18,910 bases of DNA from the NCBI GenBank assembly GCA_040905425.1, contig JBBDRO010000087.1, forward strand, positions 1,740 through 20,649, in the 5' to 3' direction. The notes under the pieces are model-generated. The model ran no database searches. It was not told the DNA's origin and saw only the letters and a list, made by a program, of their open reading frames with translations. Source of the stretch: Gemmatimonadota bacterium. GTDB lineage: Bacteria > Gemmatimonadota > Gemmatimonadetes > Longimicrobiales > RSA9. Made by a program: the position numbers and the translations under genes. This document shows, piece by piece, positions 1 to 7,276 of this stretch (position 1 is its first letter; every line of letters begins with the position of its first letter).

Positions 1-619
1 GCACGCCGAGCGCGGCCGGGCGCACCGCCCCCCACGGCCCCTGGTAGCCGTGCACCACGCCGAACAGCGCCGCGCTCAGCACCACGGCCAGCGCCGTGGA
101 GCCCGTGGCCAGGATGAGCGCCGTGAGCAGGAAGCCACGAAAGACCACCTCCTCCGTGACGCCCGCGGTGATCGAGAGTGCCACGAACCACCCCTTCTCC
201 TGCCCCGTCACCGGCAGCAGGTGCCGGGTGAGGGCCAGCTCCCGAAAGCCGAGCAGATGCCCCGTCACGAAGACCACGACGGCCGCCGCCACCAGGCCGA
301 GCGTCCAGGCCAGGAAGGGCACCGCCGCCACGGGTGTCAGCAGGAGCTCCGTCGGCCCCCATCCCGCCATCACGACCATGGCCACAGTGGCCAGCGCCAG
401 CAGCCAGAGGGAGACGATGGTGCTGGCGTAGATGCCCGTGCGCGGCAGTGCCGCCGGGTCGTCCCCGAGCGCCGCCGCCTGCCCCACGAGCATGGCGGGC
501 AAGAGCGCCAGCAGCAGGGTGGTCCAGAGGCGCGCGGCTGCGGGCAGCGCGCTCGTCGCCAACCAGACGAGCACCGCGGCGGCCAGCACCGCCCCCGCCA
601 GCACGAAGCGCTGCCTCAT
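1..619 (-). CDS. CPBP family (CAAX/Abi, Rce1-like) intramembrane glutamic endopeptidase, 3' end runs off the window
   Basis: Not in the ORF track because there is no stop in the window. Manual translation from ATG 619 gives MRQRFVLAGAVLAAAVLVWL...AGVTEEVVFRGFLL...ALFGVVHGYQG, with many hydrophobic helices and the EExxxR and FxxxH CPBP motifs. Confidence 0.88.
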   Translation of the reverse strand, partial: MRQRFVLAGAVLAAAVLVWLATSALPAAARLWTTLLLALLPAMLVGQAAALGDDPAALPRTGIYASTIVSLWLLALATVAMVVMAGWGPTELLLTPVAAVPFLAWTLGLVAAAVVVFVTGHLLGFRELALTRHLLPVTGQEKGWFVALSITAGVTEEVVFRGFLLTALILATGSTALAVVLSAALFGVVHGYQGPWGAVRPAALGV

Positions 620-657
620 GGCCGCACCGCCCCCGCCGGCAGCACAGGCTGCCTCAT
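581..657. repeat. Imperfect tandem duplication (39 + 38 bp) of the CPBP gene start
   Basis: 581-619 ggccagcaccgcccccgccagcacgaagcgctgcctcat versus 620-657 ggccgcaccgcccccgccggcagcacaggctgcctcat. Confidence 0.75.
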
Positions 658-1586
658 GCCAGCGCCCCGCGGAGCCGCGGCGCGGCGGCCACGCACGCCG
701 CGCCCAGCAGGAGCCCCGCCAGGGCATCCACAGCGTAGTGGAAACCGCCGTAGATGGCCCCCAATGTAAGCCCGAGCGTGAGCACCACGAGCAGCGGCGC
801 CACCCGCGGCAGCGGCCGCAGCAGGCAGAGCGTGGCCGCCAGCGTGACCCCCACGTGCGAGGACGGGAACGCGGCGCCACGGCTGGAGCCCGCCTCCAGA
901 ATGCCGTGCGCCAGCCCGTAGAAGAAGCCATCCTCGATACCTCCTCCCGGCGGGGGGAAGCCGTAACGCGGGCCCGCCACCGGAAAGTAGATGAAGAACA
1001 CGTAGTGGGCCACGAACGTGAGCATCAGCACGAAGATCAGCCGGCGGGTCTCTTCCAGCCGCCCGGTCGCGTAGAGGTAGAGCGGCGGCAGGTAGATGAT
1101 CAGGTAGTAGGACAGGTAGGAGAAGTGCAGCAGCTCGCTCAGCAGCGGCACGGGGGCGGCCGCCGCCCAGTCCCGGCTGGGCTGGCCGCCGAAGAGCGCC
1201 GCCTCCCAGCCCATGACCAGCGCATCGAACATGCGGCCGCCCCACACGGCCAGGTTCAGCGCCTCGAGCTCCGTGTAGAGGGCGGGCACGAGCAGGAGCG
1301 GATACCAGTCCGCGGCCACCCGGGCGCCGCGCGGCCAGCGCCGCGCCAGCGCCGCCAGACCGCGGCGCACAGGCCCGCCGCGCAGTCCCGCCAGCGCCAG
1401 CGCCGCATGCAGTGCCGCAAGCAGCGGCCACGCCGCCGGGCGGCCCGGGAAGAGCAGCGCCGCCCCCGACACCAGGGCATAGAGCGCCAGCAGCCGATCC
1501 ACCGGGCGCGGCCCGCCCGCGGGTGCCGCGGGTGCCGCGGGTGCCGCGGGTGCCGCGGGTGCCGCGGGTGCCGCCGGCGTGGCCAT
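654..1586 (-). CDS. PAP2 superfamily membrane protein, AUR1/IPT1 (inositol phosphorylceramide synthase)-like phosphotransferase
   Basis: Multi-TM protein with motifs YFPVAGPRY, AAFPSSH and YGGFHYAVD, resembling the AUR1-type D2/D3/D4 motifs with a His-His-Asp triad. ATG 1586 is preceded by GGGAG. Confidence 0.8.
   Translation of the reverse strand: MATPAAPAAPAAPAAPAAPAAPAGGPRPVDRLLALYALVSGAALLFPGRPAAWPLLAALHAALALAGLRGGPVRRGLAALARRWPRGARVAADWYPLLLVPALYTELEALNLAVWGGRMFDALVMGWEAALFGGQPSRDWAAAAPVPLLSELLHFSYLSYYLIIYLPPLYLYATGRLEETRRLIFVLMLTFVAHYVFFIYFPVAGPRYGFPPPGGGIEDGFFYGLAHGILEAGSSRGAAFPSSHVGVTLAATLCLLRPLPRVAPLLVVLTLGLTLGAIYGGFHYAVDALAGLLLGAACVAAAPRLRGALA
1517..1574. repeat. 9-bp tandem repeat (ccgcgggtg) x about 6.4, encoding (PAA)n at the PAP2 N-terminus
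   Basis: Six perfect gcgggtgcc units at 1519-1572. Confidence 0.97.
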
Positions 1587-1605
1587 GCGGTCTCCCACGC
1601 GGGCC

Positions 1606-2730
1606 TCAACCCCCGAGGGGGCGCTCGTAGATGCGGTAGCGCTTGTAGACATGGCCCAGGCGTTCCAGGGCGTGGTTCATGGGACCGTTGTCCTCCAGGA
1701 TCCACGAGCACTCACCGCGCGGCATGCCCATCTCTCTCGAGGTCCGGTAGACGTGGGCAATGAGGAACGAATCCAGCCCCAACCCCCGGTACTCCGGCAC
1801 CACGCCCAGCGTGAGCACACGCACCCGCGTGATGCGCCGCTTGTACCACAGGAACTTGAGCCAGCCGAAGGGCAGCATGCGGCCGTTCATGTGCCGCAGG
1901 ACCTGGTTGTAATCGGGCAGCATGAGGATGAAGGCCACGGCCTTGCCGTCCACCTCGGCAAAGGCACACAGGCGCTCGTCCACGAGCGGCTTCAGGCTCT
2001 TTGCCATGTGGTCGATCTCAGCGTCCGTCATGGGGACGAAGCCCCAGTTGCGCTCCCATGCCGTGTTGTAGATGGCCTTGACCGTGGCCAGCTCCTCGTC
2101 GAAGCGGGCCAGCTCCAGCCGGCGCAGTTCCACGTGCTTGCGGCGCAGCATACGCTGGATGCCGCGCGCCATCCGTTCGGGCGGCTCCTCCCCCTCGATC
2201 CAGTAGGCGAAGAGGTCCTTGGCCTTGGCGTAGCCGGCGCCCTCCAGCAGGGCCGGATAGTAGGGCGGCGCGTGCCCCATCATGATGACCGGCGGATGCT
2301 CGGCGCCCTCGATCAGCACACCGGGCGAGTACAGTTCCTCGTTGGTGGAGAGGTTCATGGGGCCCAGGCACCGCGCCATGCCCCGCTCTCCGAGCCAGCC
2401 CTCCGCCGCGCGCAGCAGGGCGCTGGCCACGGCCGGGTCGTCCACGGACTCGAAGAGCCCGAAGAAGCCGGTGCGCTCCTCGTGGAAGCGGTTGTAGGCG
2501 TGGTTCACCACGGCGGCGATGCGGCCCACCGGCGCACCGTCCCGCCACGCCAGGAAGAACTCCACATCGGCGTGCGCGTGGAACGGGTGGCGGTCGCGAT
2601 CCATGAGCGCGCGCACGTCCGCGCGCAGGGGCGGCACCCACTGGCGATCGTCCGCGTAGATGGCCCACGGCAGGCGGATGAAACGCTCGCGCTCGCGCCG
2701 GCCGGTAAGGGGGCGGACCTGAACGCTCAC
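1606..2730 (-). CDS. GNAT-fold N-acyltransferase, probable bacterial ceramide synthase (bCerS-like)
   Basis: 374 aa from GTG 2730 (GAGGA upstream). Motifs FIRLPWAIY..D..WVPPL, GRIAA, GFFGLFE, GPMN, WERNWGF, LGVVPEYRGLG and ECSWILEDN..MN. It lies directly downstream of the spt-like gene, and the functional call rests on family plus context. Confidence 0.8.
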   Translation of the reverse strand: MSVQVRPLTGRRERERFIRLPWAIYADDRQWVPPLRADVRALMDRDRHPFHAHADVEFFLAWRDGAPVGRIAAVVNHAYNRFHEERTGFFGLFESVDDPAVASALLRAAEGWLGERGMARCLGPMNLSTNEELYSPGVLIEGAEHPPVIMMGHAPPYYPALLEGAGYAKAKDLFAYWIEGEEPPERMARGIQRMLRRKHVELRRLELARFDEELATVKAIYNTAWERNWGFVPMTDAEIDHMAKSLKPLVDERLCAFAEVDGKAVAFILMLPDYNQVLRHMNGRMLPFGWLKFLWYKRRITRVRVLTLGVVPEYRGLGLDSFLIAHVYRTSREMGMPRGECSWILEDNGPMNHALERLGHVYKRYRIYERPLGG

Positions 2731-2740
2731 CAGGGCGTCC

Positions 2741-3922
2741 TCAGATGACGGCCATGCTCTTGCCCACCCGGGAGAGGGCGTCGAGCACCGCGTCGATATG
2801 ATCGTCGGTGTGGGTGGCCATGAGTGAGATGCGCAGCCGGCAGGAGTGCTCCGGCACGGCGGGCGGCGTGACCGGGTTGGTGAAGATGCCGGCGTCGAAG
2901 AGCTCCTTCCAGAAGACGAGCATGCGCTCCACCTCTCCCACCACGATCGGCACGATGGGGGTCTGGCTGTTCGCGATGTCATAGCCCAGGGAGACGAGTC
3001 CCTCCTGCATACGCCGGGTATTGCGCCAGAGGCGCTCGCGGCGTTCCGGCTCGGCCGCGATGACGTCCAGCGCCGCCAGCACCGTGGCCACCGAGGCGGG
3101 CGGCATGCTGGCGCTGAAGATGAGCGAGCGGGCGTGGTGCCGGAGGTAGTGCATGACCGGTTCCGGTCCGGCGATCACCCCACCGATCGAGGCCAGTGAC
3201 TTGGAAAACGTGGCCATGGTGAGCGAGACACGCTCGCTGAGTCCGAAGTGCTGCGCCGTGCCGCCCCCCGAGTCCCCGAGCACCCCGATGGCATGGGCAT
3301 CATCCACCAGCACGTCCGCGCCGTACTTCTCCGCCAGCTCCACGATCCCCGGCAGATTCACGATGGTGCCCTCCATCGAGAAGACGCCGTCCGAGACGAT
3401 GAGCTTGCCCGCCTCCTCGGGCACCCGCTGCAACTCCCGCTCGAGCGCGGCCATGTCGGCGTGCGCGAAGCGGTGCACCTCTCCCGAGGCAAGACGCTGG
3501 CCGTCCACGATACTGGCGTGGTTGAGCTTGTCGGAGAAAACGTGGTCATTACGGCCGACCAGGCTGGAGATGACGCCCAGATTGGCCTGGAAGCCAGTAC
3601 TGAAGACCAGCGCCGACTCGTACCCCATGAAGCGGGCCAGCCGCTCCTCCAGCTCCTCGTGCAGATCCAGCGTACCGTTCAGAAAGCGGCTGCCCGTGCA
3701 GCCGCTGCCGTAGCGCTTGAGCGCGCGCTCCGCCGCCTCCAGCACGTGCGGATGATGGGTGAGCCCCAGGTAGTTGTTGGAACCCACCATGATCTTCCGC
3801 TCGCCGCGGATGACCACCTCCGTGTCGTAGGAGGCCTCGATGGGCTGGAAATAGGGGTAGTACCCCTGCGCCATGACCGCGCGCGCCTGGGTGTAGCCGT
3901 GACATTTGTCGAACAGACTCAT
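2741..3922 (-). CDS. spt: PLP-dependent alpha-oxoamine synthase, probable serine palmitoyltransferase
   Basis: YYPYF N-terminus, GSNNYLGLT, GCTGSRFLNGT, NHASIVDG, DDAHAIG, TFSKSLASIGG (PLP lysine), PPAVP loop and RLRISLMATH. This set is closer to Bacteroidetes-type SPT than to BioF/Kbl. ATG 3922 has GGGGG upstream. Confidence 0.82.
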   Translation of the reverse strand: MSLFDKCHGYTQARAVMAQGYYPYFQPIEASYDTEVVIRGERKIMVGSNNYLGLTHHPHVLEAAERALKRYGSGCTGSRFLNGTLDLHEELEERLARFMGYESALVFSTGFQANLGVISSLVGRNDHVFSDKLNHASIVDGQRLASGEVHRFAHADMAALERELQRVPEEAGKLIVSDGVFSMEGTIVNLPGIVELAEKYGADVLVDDAHAIGVLGDSGGGTAQHFGLSERVSLTMATFSKSLASIGGVIAGPEPVMHYLRHHARSLIFSASMPPASVATVLAALDVIAAEPERRERLWRNTRRMQEGLVSLGYDIANSQTPIVPIVVGEVERMLVFWKELFDAGIFTNPVTPPAVPEHSCRLRISLMATHTDDHIDAVLDALSRVGKSMAVI

Positions 3923-3965
3923 CGTCCCCCGCAATCCATGCCAGGCGCGGCCGTGCGCGCCCCAC

Positions 3966-4946
3966 TTATAACCATCCGTGCTCCCGGTACCACGCCGCCG
4001 TGGCGGCCAGCCCCTCGGGCAGCCCTATGCTCGTCTCGAAGCCCAGCACGCGCCGGGCACTCTCCGTCTCCGTCAGCCAGCCGGGAGCCAGCAGTTCGCG
4101 CGCCTTGTCCCGGTTAAAAATGGTGCTGCCGCCGCGTAGCCGCCCGGCCGCTTCACTCACCGCCGCCGCAACGCGGATCAGGCCGGCCGGCACCGGCACT
4201 CGCACGCCAGGCCGGCCCACCGCCCGCGCCACCAGTTCGGTGAGTTCCGCGAACGTGCGGGCGTCGGCGTCGGCCACATGCACCACGCCCTCGGCGTCCG
4301 GCACGGTGGCCGCCAGCACGAGGGCGCGCGCCAGATCCTGCACGTGGATCATCTGCAGCAGCCTGGGCGGCCCCGTCGGAACCGGCCGGATGCCGATCCG
4401 GGCCAGGCGGAAGAAGCGCAGCATCTCCCGCTCACGCGGTCCGTAGACCGCCGGTGCACGGAGCACCACCCGGGCCATCCACGGCGCCACCTCCGCGAGC
4501 GCCGCCTCCCCCGCCAGCTTGCTCCGCCCGTACGCCGTCAACGGCCGTGGCCGATCCCCGGGCGCCACTGGACGCCCGTGCAGACTCGGCCCCACCGCCG
4601 CCAGCGAACTGAGGTAGACGAAGCGGGGCACCCCCGCGGATCTGGCCGCCTCGACCAGCGTCCTGGTGCCCTCGGCGTTCACCCCCAGGTAGGCGGACTC
4701 CCGGGGCGCATGCGTGAGCGCGGCCAGGTGGATCACCGCATCCACGCCCCGCACCGCCCGCTCCAGCGACGCGCCGTCCTCCAGGCTGCCCGCCACGGTG
4801 GCCACGCCGAGCCGCTCCAGAATGGCCGTGTGGCTGCTGGCGCGGACCAGGGCGCGGACCGCCACACCCCGCACGACCAGCGCCTCCGCCAGGTGCGAGC
4901 CCACGAACCCGGTTGCGCCGGTCAGCAATACGCTGGGGGTCGTCAC
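3966..4946 (-). CDS. Extended SDR NAD(P)-dependent epimerase/dehydratase family, probable ceramide reductase (CerR-like)
   Basis: TGATGFVG Rossmann motif, HLAA, YLSSLAA and catalytic YGRSK. GTG start at 4946. First gene of the spt operon; the specific activity is inferred from context. Confidence 0.8.
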   Translation of the reverse strand: MTTPSVLLTGATGFVGSHLAEALVVRGVAVRALVRASSHTAILERLGVATVAGSLEDGASLERAVRGVDAVIHLAALTHAPRESAYLGVNAEGTRTLVEAARSAGVPRFVYLSSLAAVGPSLHGRPVAPGDRPRPLTAYGRSKLAGEAALAEVAPWMARVVLRAPAVYGPREREMLRFFRLARIGIRPVPTGPPRLLQMIHVQDLARALVLAATVPDAEGVVHVADADARTFAELTELVARAVGRPGVRVPVPAGLIRVAAAVSEAAGRLRGGSTIFNRDKARELLAPGWLTETESARRVLGFETSIGLPEGLAATAAWYREHGWL

Positions 4947-4958
4947 GAAAGCGCCTCT

Positions 4959-4987
4959 AAGCTGTCCCCGCTCAGCACAAAAGGCAA
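4959..4987 (-). promoter_or_regulatory. Putative sigma70-type promoter of the lipid operon
   Basis: TTGCCT (4987-4982) - 17 nt - CAGCTT (4964-4959), implying a very short leader before GTG 4946. Confidence 0.4.
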
Positions 4988-5089
4988 TGTCGGACGCCCG
5001 CCGCCGCGCGCACGACGTCCCGTGCTTGCACCAGCCGCCGGAAACACGGAGTTTCCACCCTCCGCAACGCACCACTCCGGGAGGTGAGC

Positions 5090-5380
5090 TTGACCCTGTT
5101 GAATGATGACGAGATCCGCGAAGGCCTGCTCCAGCTGGACGGCTGGACGCGCGAGGGCCCCGAGATCATGAAGCGCTACGGCTTCCCGGATTACGCGGCC
5201 TCCATGGCGTTCGCCAACCGGGTGGCCGAGCTGGCCGAGGCCGCCGACCACCACCCTGACATGCTCATCACCTACGACCAGGTCACCCTCACCCTCGCCA
5301 CGCACAGCGCCGGCGGGCTCACCCGCAAGGACCTGGAGCTGGCCGGCCGCATCGAACGCGAGGCCGCGCCGGAGCGCTGA
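5090..5380 (+). CDS. phhB: Pterin-4-alpha-carbinolamine dehydratase (4a-hydroxytetrahydrobiopterin dehydratase)
   Basis: AEAADHHPD and THSAGGLTRKD motifs. GGAGG at 5080-5084 favours TTG 5090; GTG 5084 is the alternative start. Confidence 0.92.
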   Translation: MTLLNDDEIREGLLQLDGWTREGPEIMKRYGFPDYAASMAFANRVAELAEAADHHPDMLITYDQVTLTLATHSAGGLTRKDLELAGRIEREAAPER

Positions 5381-5398
5381 CGCGCGTTCGGGCGTTTC

Positions 5399-5414
5399 CA
5401 GGCGACGTCGCCTG
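5399..5414. terminator. Perfect 16-bp palindrome between convergent genes, possible terminator hairpin
   Basis: CAGGCGACGTCGCCTG flanked by tttc and aaaa. No downstream U-tract on either strand. Confidence 0.45.
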
Positions 5415-5442
5415 AAAAAGGCATGCGCGCGCCGCACCGCCT

Positions 5443-6777
5443 TCATGCCGTCCACGCCTCGAGCAGCGCTTCCACCACGTCCAGGCCGGCGTCCAGCTGC
5501 GCCGCCGTGATCACGGCGGGCGGGGTGAGCGCCAGCACCTCGCCGCGCGGGCCCTCCGGCAGCACCAGCACGCCGCGGCGGAGCGCCTCACCCATGAGCC
5601 AGGCGGCCGGAGTGCGCTCACCGGGAGCGGGGTCCGCCAGGCGCACGCCGCCAAGCAGCCCGAGGCCCCGCGGCTCCAGCGCCACGTCCAGCCGCTCCAC
5701 CCAGGACGTCACACGCGCCCGCACGGTTTCACCCAGCGCGGCCGCGCGCGCTACCAGGCCGTCCCGCTCAATGAGGTCGAGCTGCGCCAGCGCCGCCGCG
5801 CACGCCACCGGATTGCCCAGGAACGTGCTGGTGTGGATGGCCTCCCCGCGCGAGGGGGGCCAGGCCGCCATGATCTCCGGCGTACCGATGGCCGCCGAGA
5901 GCGGCAGGCTGCCCGTGAGCGCCTTGCCCACCGTCATGATGTCCGGCACCACGTCCGTGTGCTGACATGCGAACCAGCGGCCGGTACGGCCGAAGCCGCT
6001 GTAGATCTCGTCGAAGATGAGCACCGTACGGCGCCCGTCGCAGAGCTCGCGCAGGCCCGCCAGGAAGCCCGGCCCCGGGACGCGCAGGCCACCCCGCCCG
6101 AGCACCGGTTCCACGATGAGCGCGCCCGCCTCCACCTCGTCGATGAGCCGGGCGGCGCAATCCAGCGCCGCCGCCACCTCGCGCGGCGCGCTGCCCGGGT
6201 AGGGCGCGAAGCGGACGCCCGCGTGCAGGGCCGCCTGGAAGGGCGCGCGGAACTCGGCCCGGTGCGTGACGGCCAGCGCCCCCATGGTGAGCCCGTGATA
6301 GCTTCCCTCGAAAGCGACGACGCCGGGACGCCCCGTGGCCAGCTGCGCCGTCTTCAGCGCCGCCTCCACCGCCTCCGCGCCGGCGCTGCCCAGGATGGAT
6401 ACGGACAGGCTGCCCGGCGCCAGCTCCGCCAGCCGCTCCAGCAGGCAGACCTTGGCCTCCGCGGGGTGGACGTCACCCAGCGCGTGTGGCAGGCGGGCGG
6501 CCTGTGCCGCGATGGCCGCGGCCACCTCCGGCGGCGCATGCCCGGCCGTGGCCACGCCGAAGCCGGCGGTGAGGTCCACGAAGTCATTGCCGTCCACGTC
6601 GCGCACGGCTGCGCCCCGCGCCTCTCCCCAGAAGATCGGCGGCTCGGGCGCCATGCAGGTGACGTTGGGGGACTCCACGGCCGCCAGCCGCGCCGCGAGG
6701 GCACGCGAGCGTGGACCCGGTACGGACGTACGGAGGCGCGGCAGCGCACCCGGCTCGAGGGGGGACGGCAGGCTCAG
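5443..6777 (-). CDS. Class III PLP-dependent aminotransferase (GabT/ArgD-like), start uncertain
   Basis: DVDGNDFVDLTAG, GAEAVEAALK, SYHG, FDEIYSGFGRTG, PDIMTVGKAL and HTSTFLGNP. The homologous-looking N-terminus extends to CTG 6777; the canonical alternatives are GTG 6678 and ATG 6654. Confidence 0.9.
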   Translation of the reverse strand: MSLPSPLEPGALPRLRTSVPGPRSRALAARLAAVESPNVTCMAPEPPIFWGEARGAAVRDVDGNDFVDLTAGFGVATAGHAPPEVAAAIAAQAARLPHALGDVHPAEAKVCLLERLAELAPGSLSVSILGSAGAEAVEAALKTAQLATGRPGVVAFEGSYHGLTMGALAVTHRAEFRAPFQAALHAGVRFAPYPGSAPREVAAALDCAARLIDEVEAGALIVEPVLGRGGLRVPGPGFLAGLRELCDGRRTVLIFDEIYSGFGRTGRWFACQHTDVVPDIMTVGKALTGSLPLSAAIGTPEIMAAWPPSRGEAIHTSTFLGNPVACAAALAQLDLIERDGLVARAAALGETVRARVTSWVERLDVALEPRGLGLLGGVRLADPAPGERTPAAWLMGEALRRGVLVLPEGPRGEVLALTPPAVITAAQLDAGLDVVEALLEAWTA

Positions 6778-7226
6778 CGCCGGCCCCCGAAAAGGAGGGC
6801 GCCGAGCGCACCGGCGGCAACGCCGGCCACCACGGCGGCCAGGATGCCGGCCGTACGCTCGTCCATGCTCCGCGCAGTGGGCCGCGCCCCGCCCGTGGTG
6901 CCTTGCCGATCCGCCGCCGGTCGGACTGCCGGGGGCCGCCGCGTCGACTCCGCCGCGCTGCCCTCCGTCTCCGGCGGCGCGGCCTGACCGGCTTCCACCT
7001 CGGCGCCGCAGGCGGCGCACACCGTCATGCCCCGGTCCCGGGCGGTCCGGTTGGCGTAGCCCAGGGATCCGCCGCACGCCGGGCAGGCACCGGGCGCCGG
7101 ACAGGGTGCAATGAACTCGTAAAGCGAGCGCCGGGAGATGTCCAGGCGCTCCGCGATGGCGGCCACCGGGAGTTCCGATTCCCAGTAGAGGCGGTTGGCT
7201 TCGGGCGCGCTGGCAGCGTCCGGCAT
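6774..7226 (-). CDS. Hypothetical protein: HTH-like N-terminus, CxxC..CxxC zinc ribbon, C-terminal TM helix
   Basis: 150 aa: LYWESELPVAAIAERLDISRRSLY, CPAC, CAAC, then GILAAVVAGVAAGALGALLF-GGRR. GGAG upstream of ATG 7226. Confidence 0.75.
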   Translation of the reverse strand: MPDAASAPEANRLYWESELPVAAIAERLDISRRSLYEFIAPCPAPGACPACGGSLGYANRTARDRGMTVCAACGAEVEAGQAAPPETEGSAAESTRRPPAVRPAADRQGTTGGARPTARSMDERTAGILAAVVAGVAAGALGALLFGGRR

Positions 7227-7276
7227 GCGCGGCTCCGTGCAGAGGGGAGAGTGTAGCGCGCAACATAGGGCGGCGC

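Noticed and set aside
1517..1574. 9-bp repeat, and the 7277-7360 repeats, as a CRISPR array
   Set aside because: The units are too short, there are no spacers of CRISPR length, and no cas genes are present.
2741..3922. BioF or Kbl assignment for the PLP enzyme
   Set aside because: TFSKSLAS, the YPYF N-terminus and the GNAT/SDR neighbours favour Spt, and there are no bio or tdh genes nearby. Not formally excluded without a tree.
3931..3943. TGGCATGGATTGC upstream of spt as a sigma54 promoter
   Set aside because: The GG-to-GC spacing is 8 nt rather than the required 10.
50..4117. Long plus-strand ORFs (50..769, 432..1763, 1579..2748, 3248..4117), and likewise 5833..6987, 10893..12314 and 12794..14131
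   Set aside because: These are antisense shadows of motif-bearing minus-strand genes. Stops are rare at this GC content, and the translations are R/G/A/H-rich with no motifs.
6778..7266. N-terminal extension making a 607-aa aminotransferase fusion
   Set aside because: The extension is low-complexity and overlaps the better-supported HTH-zinc ribbon gene in another frame.
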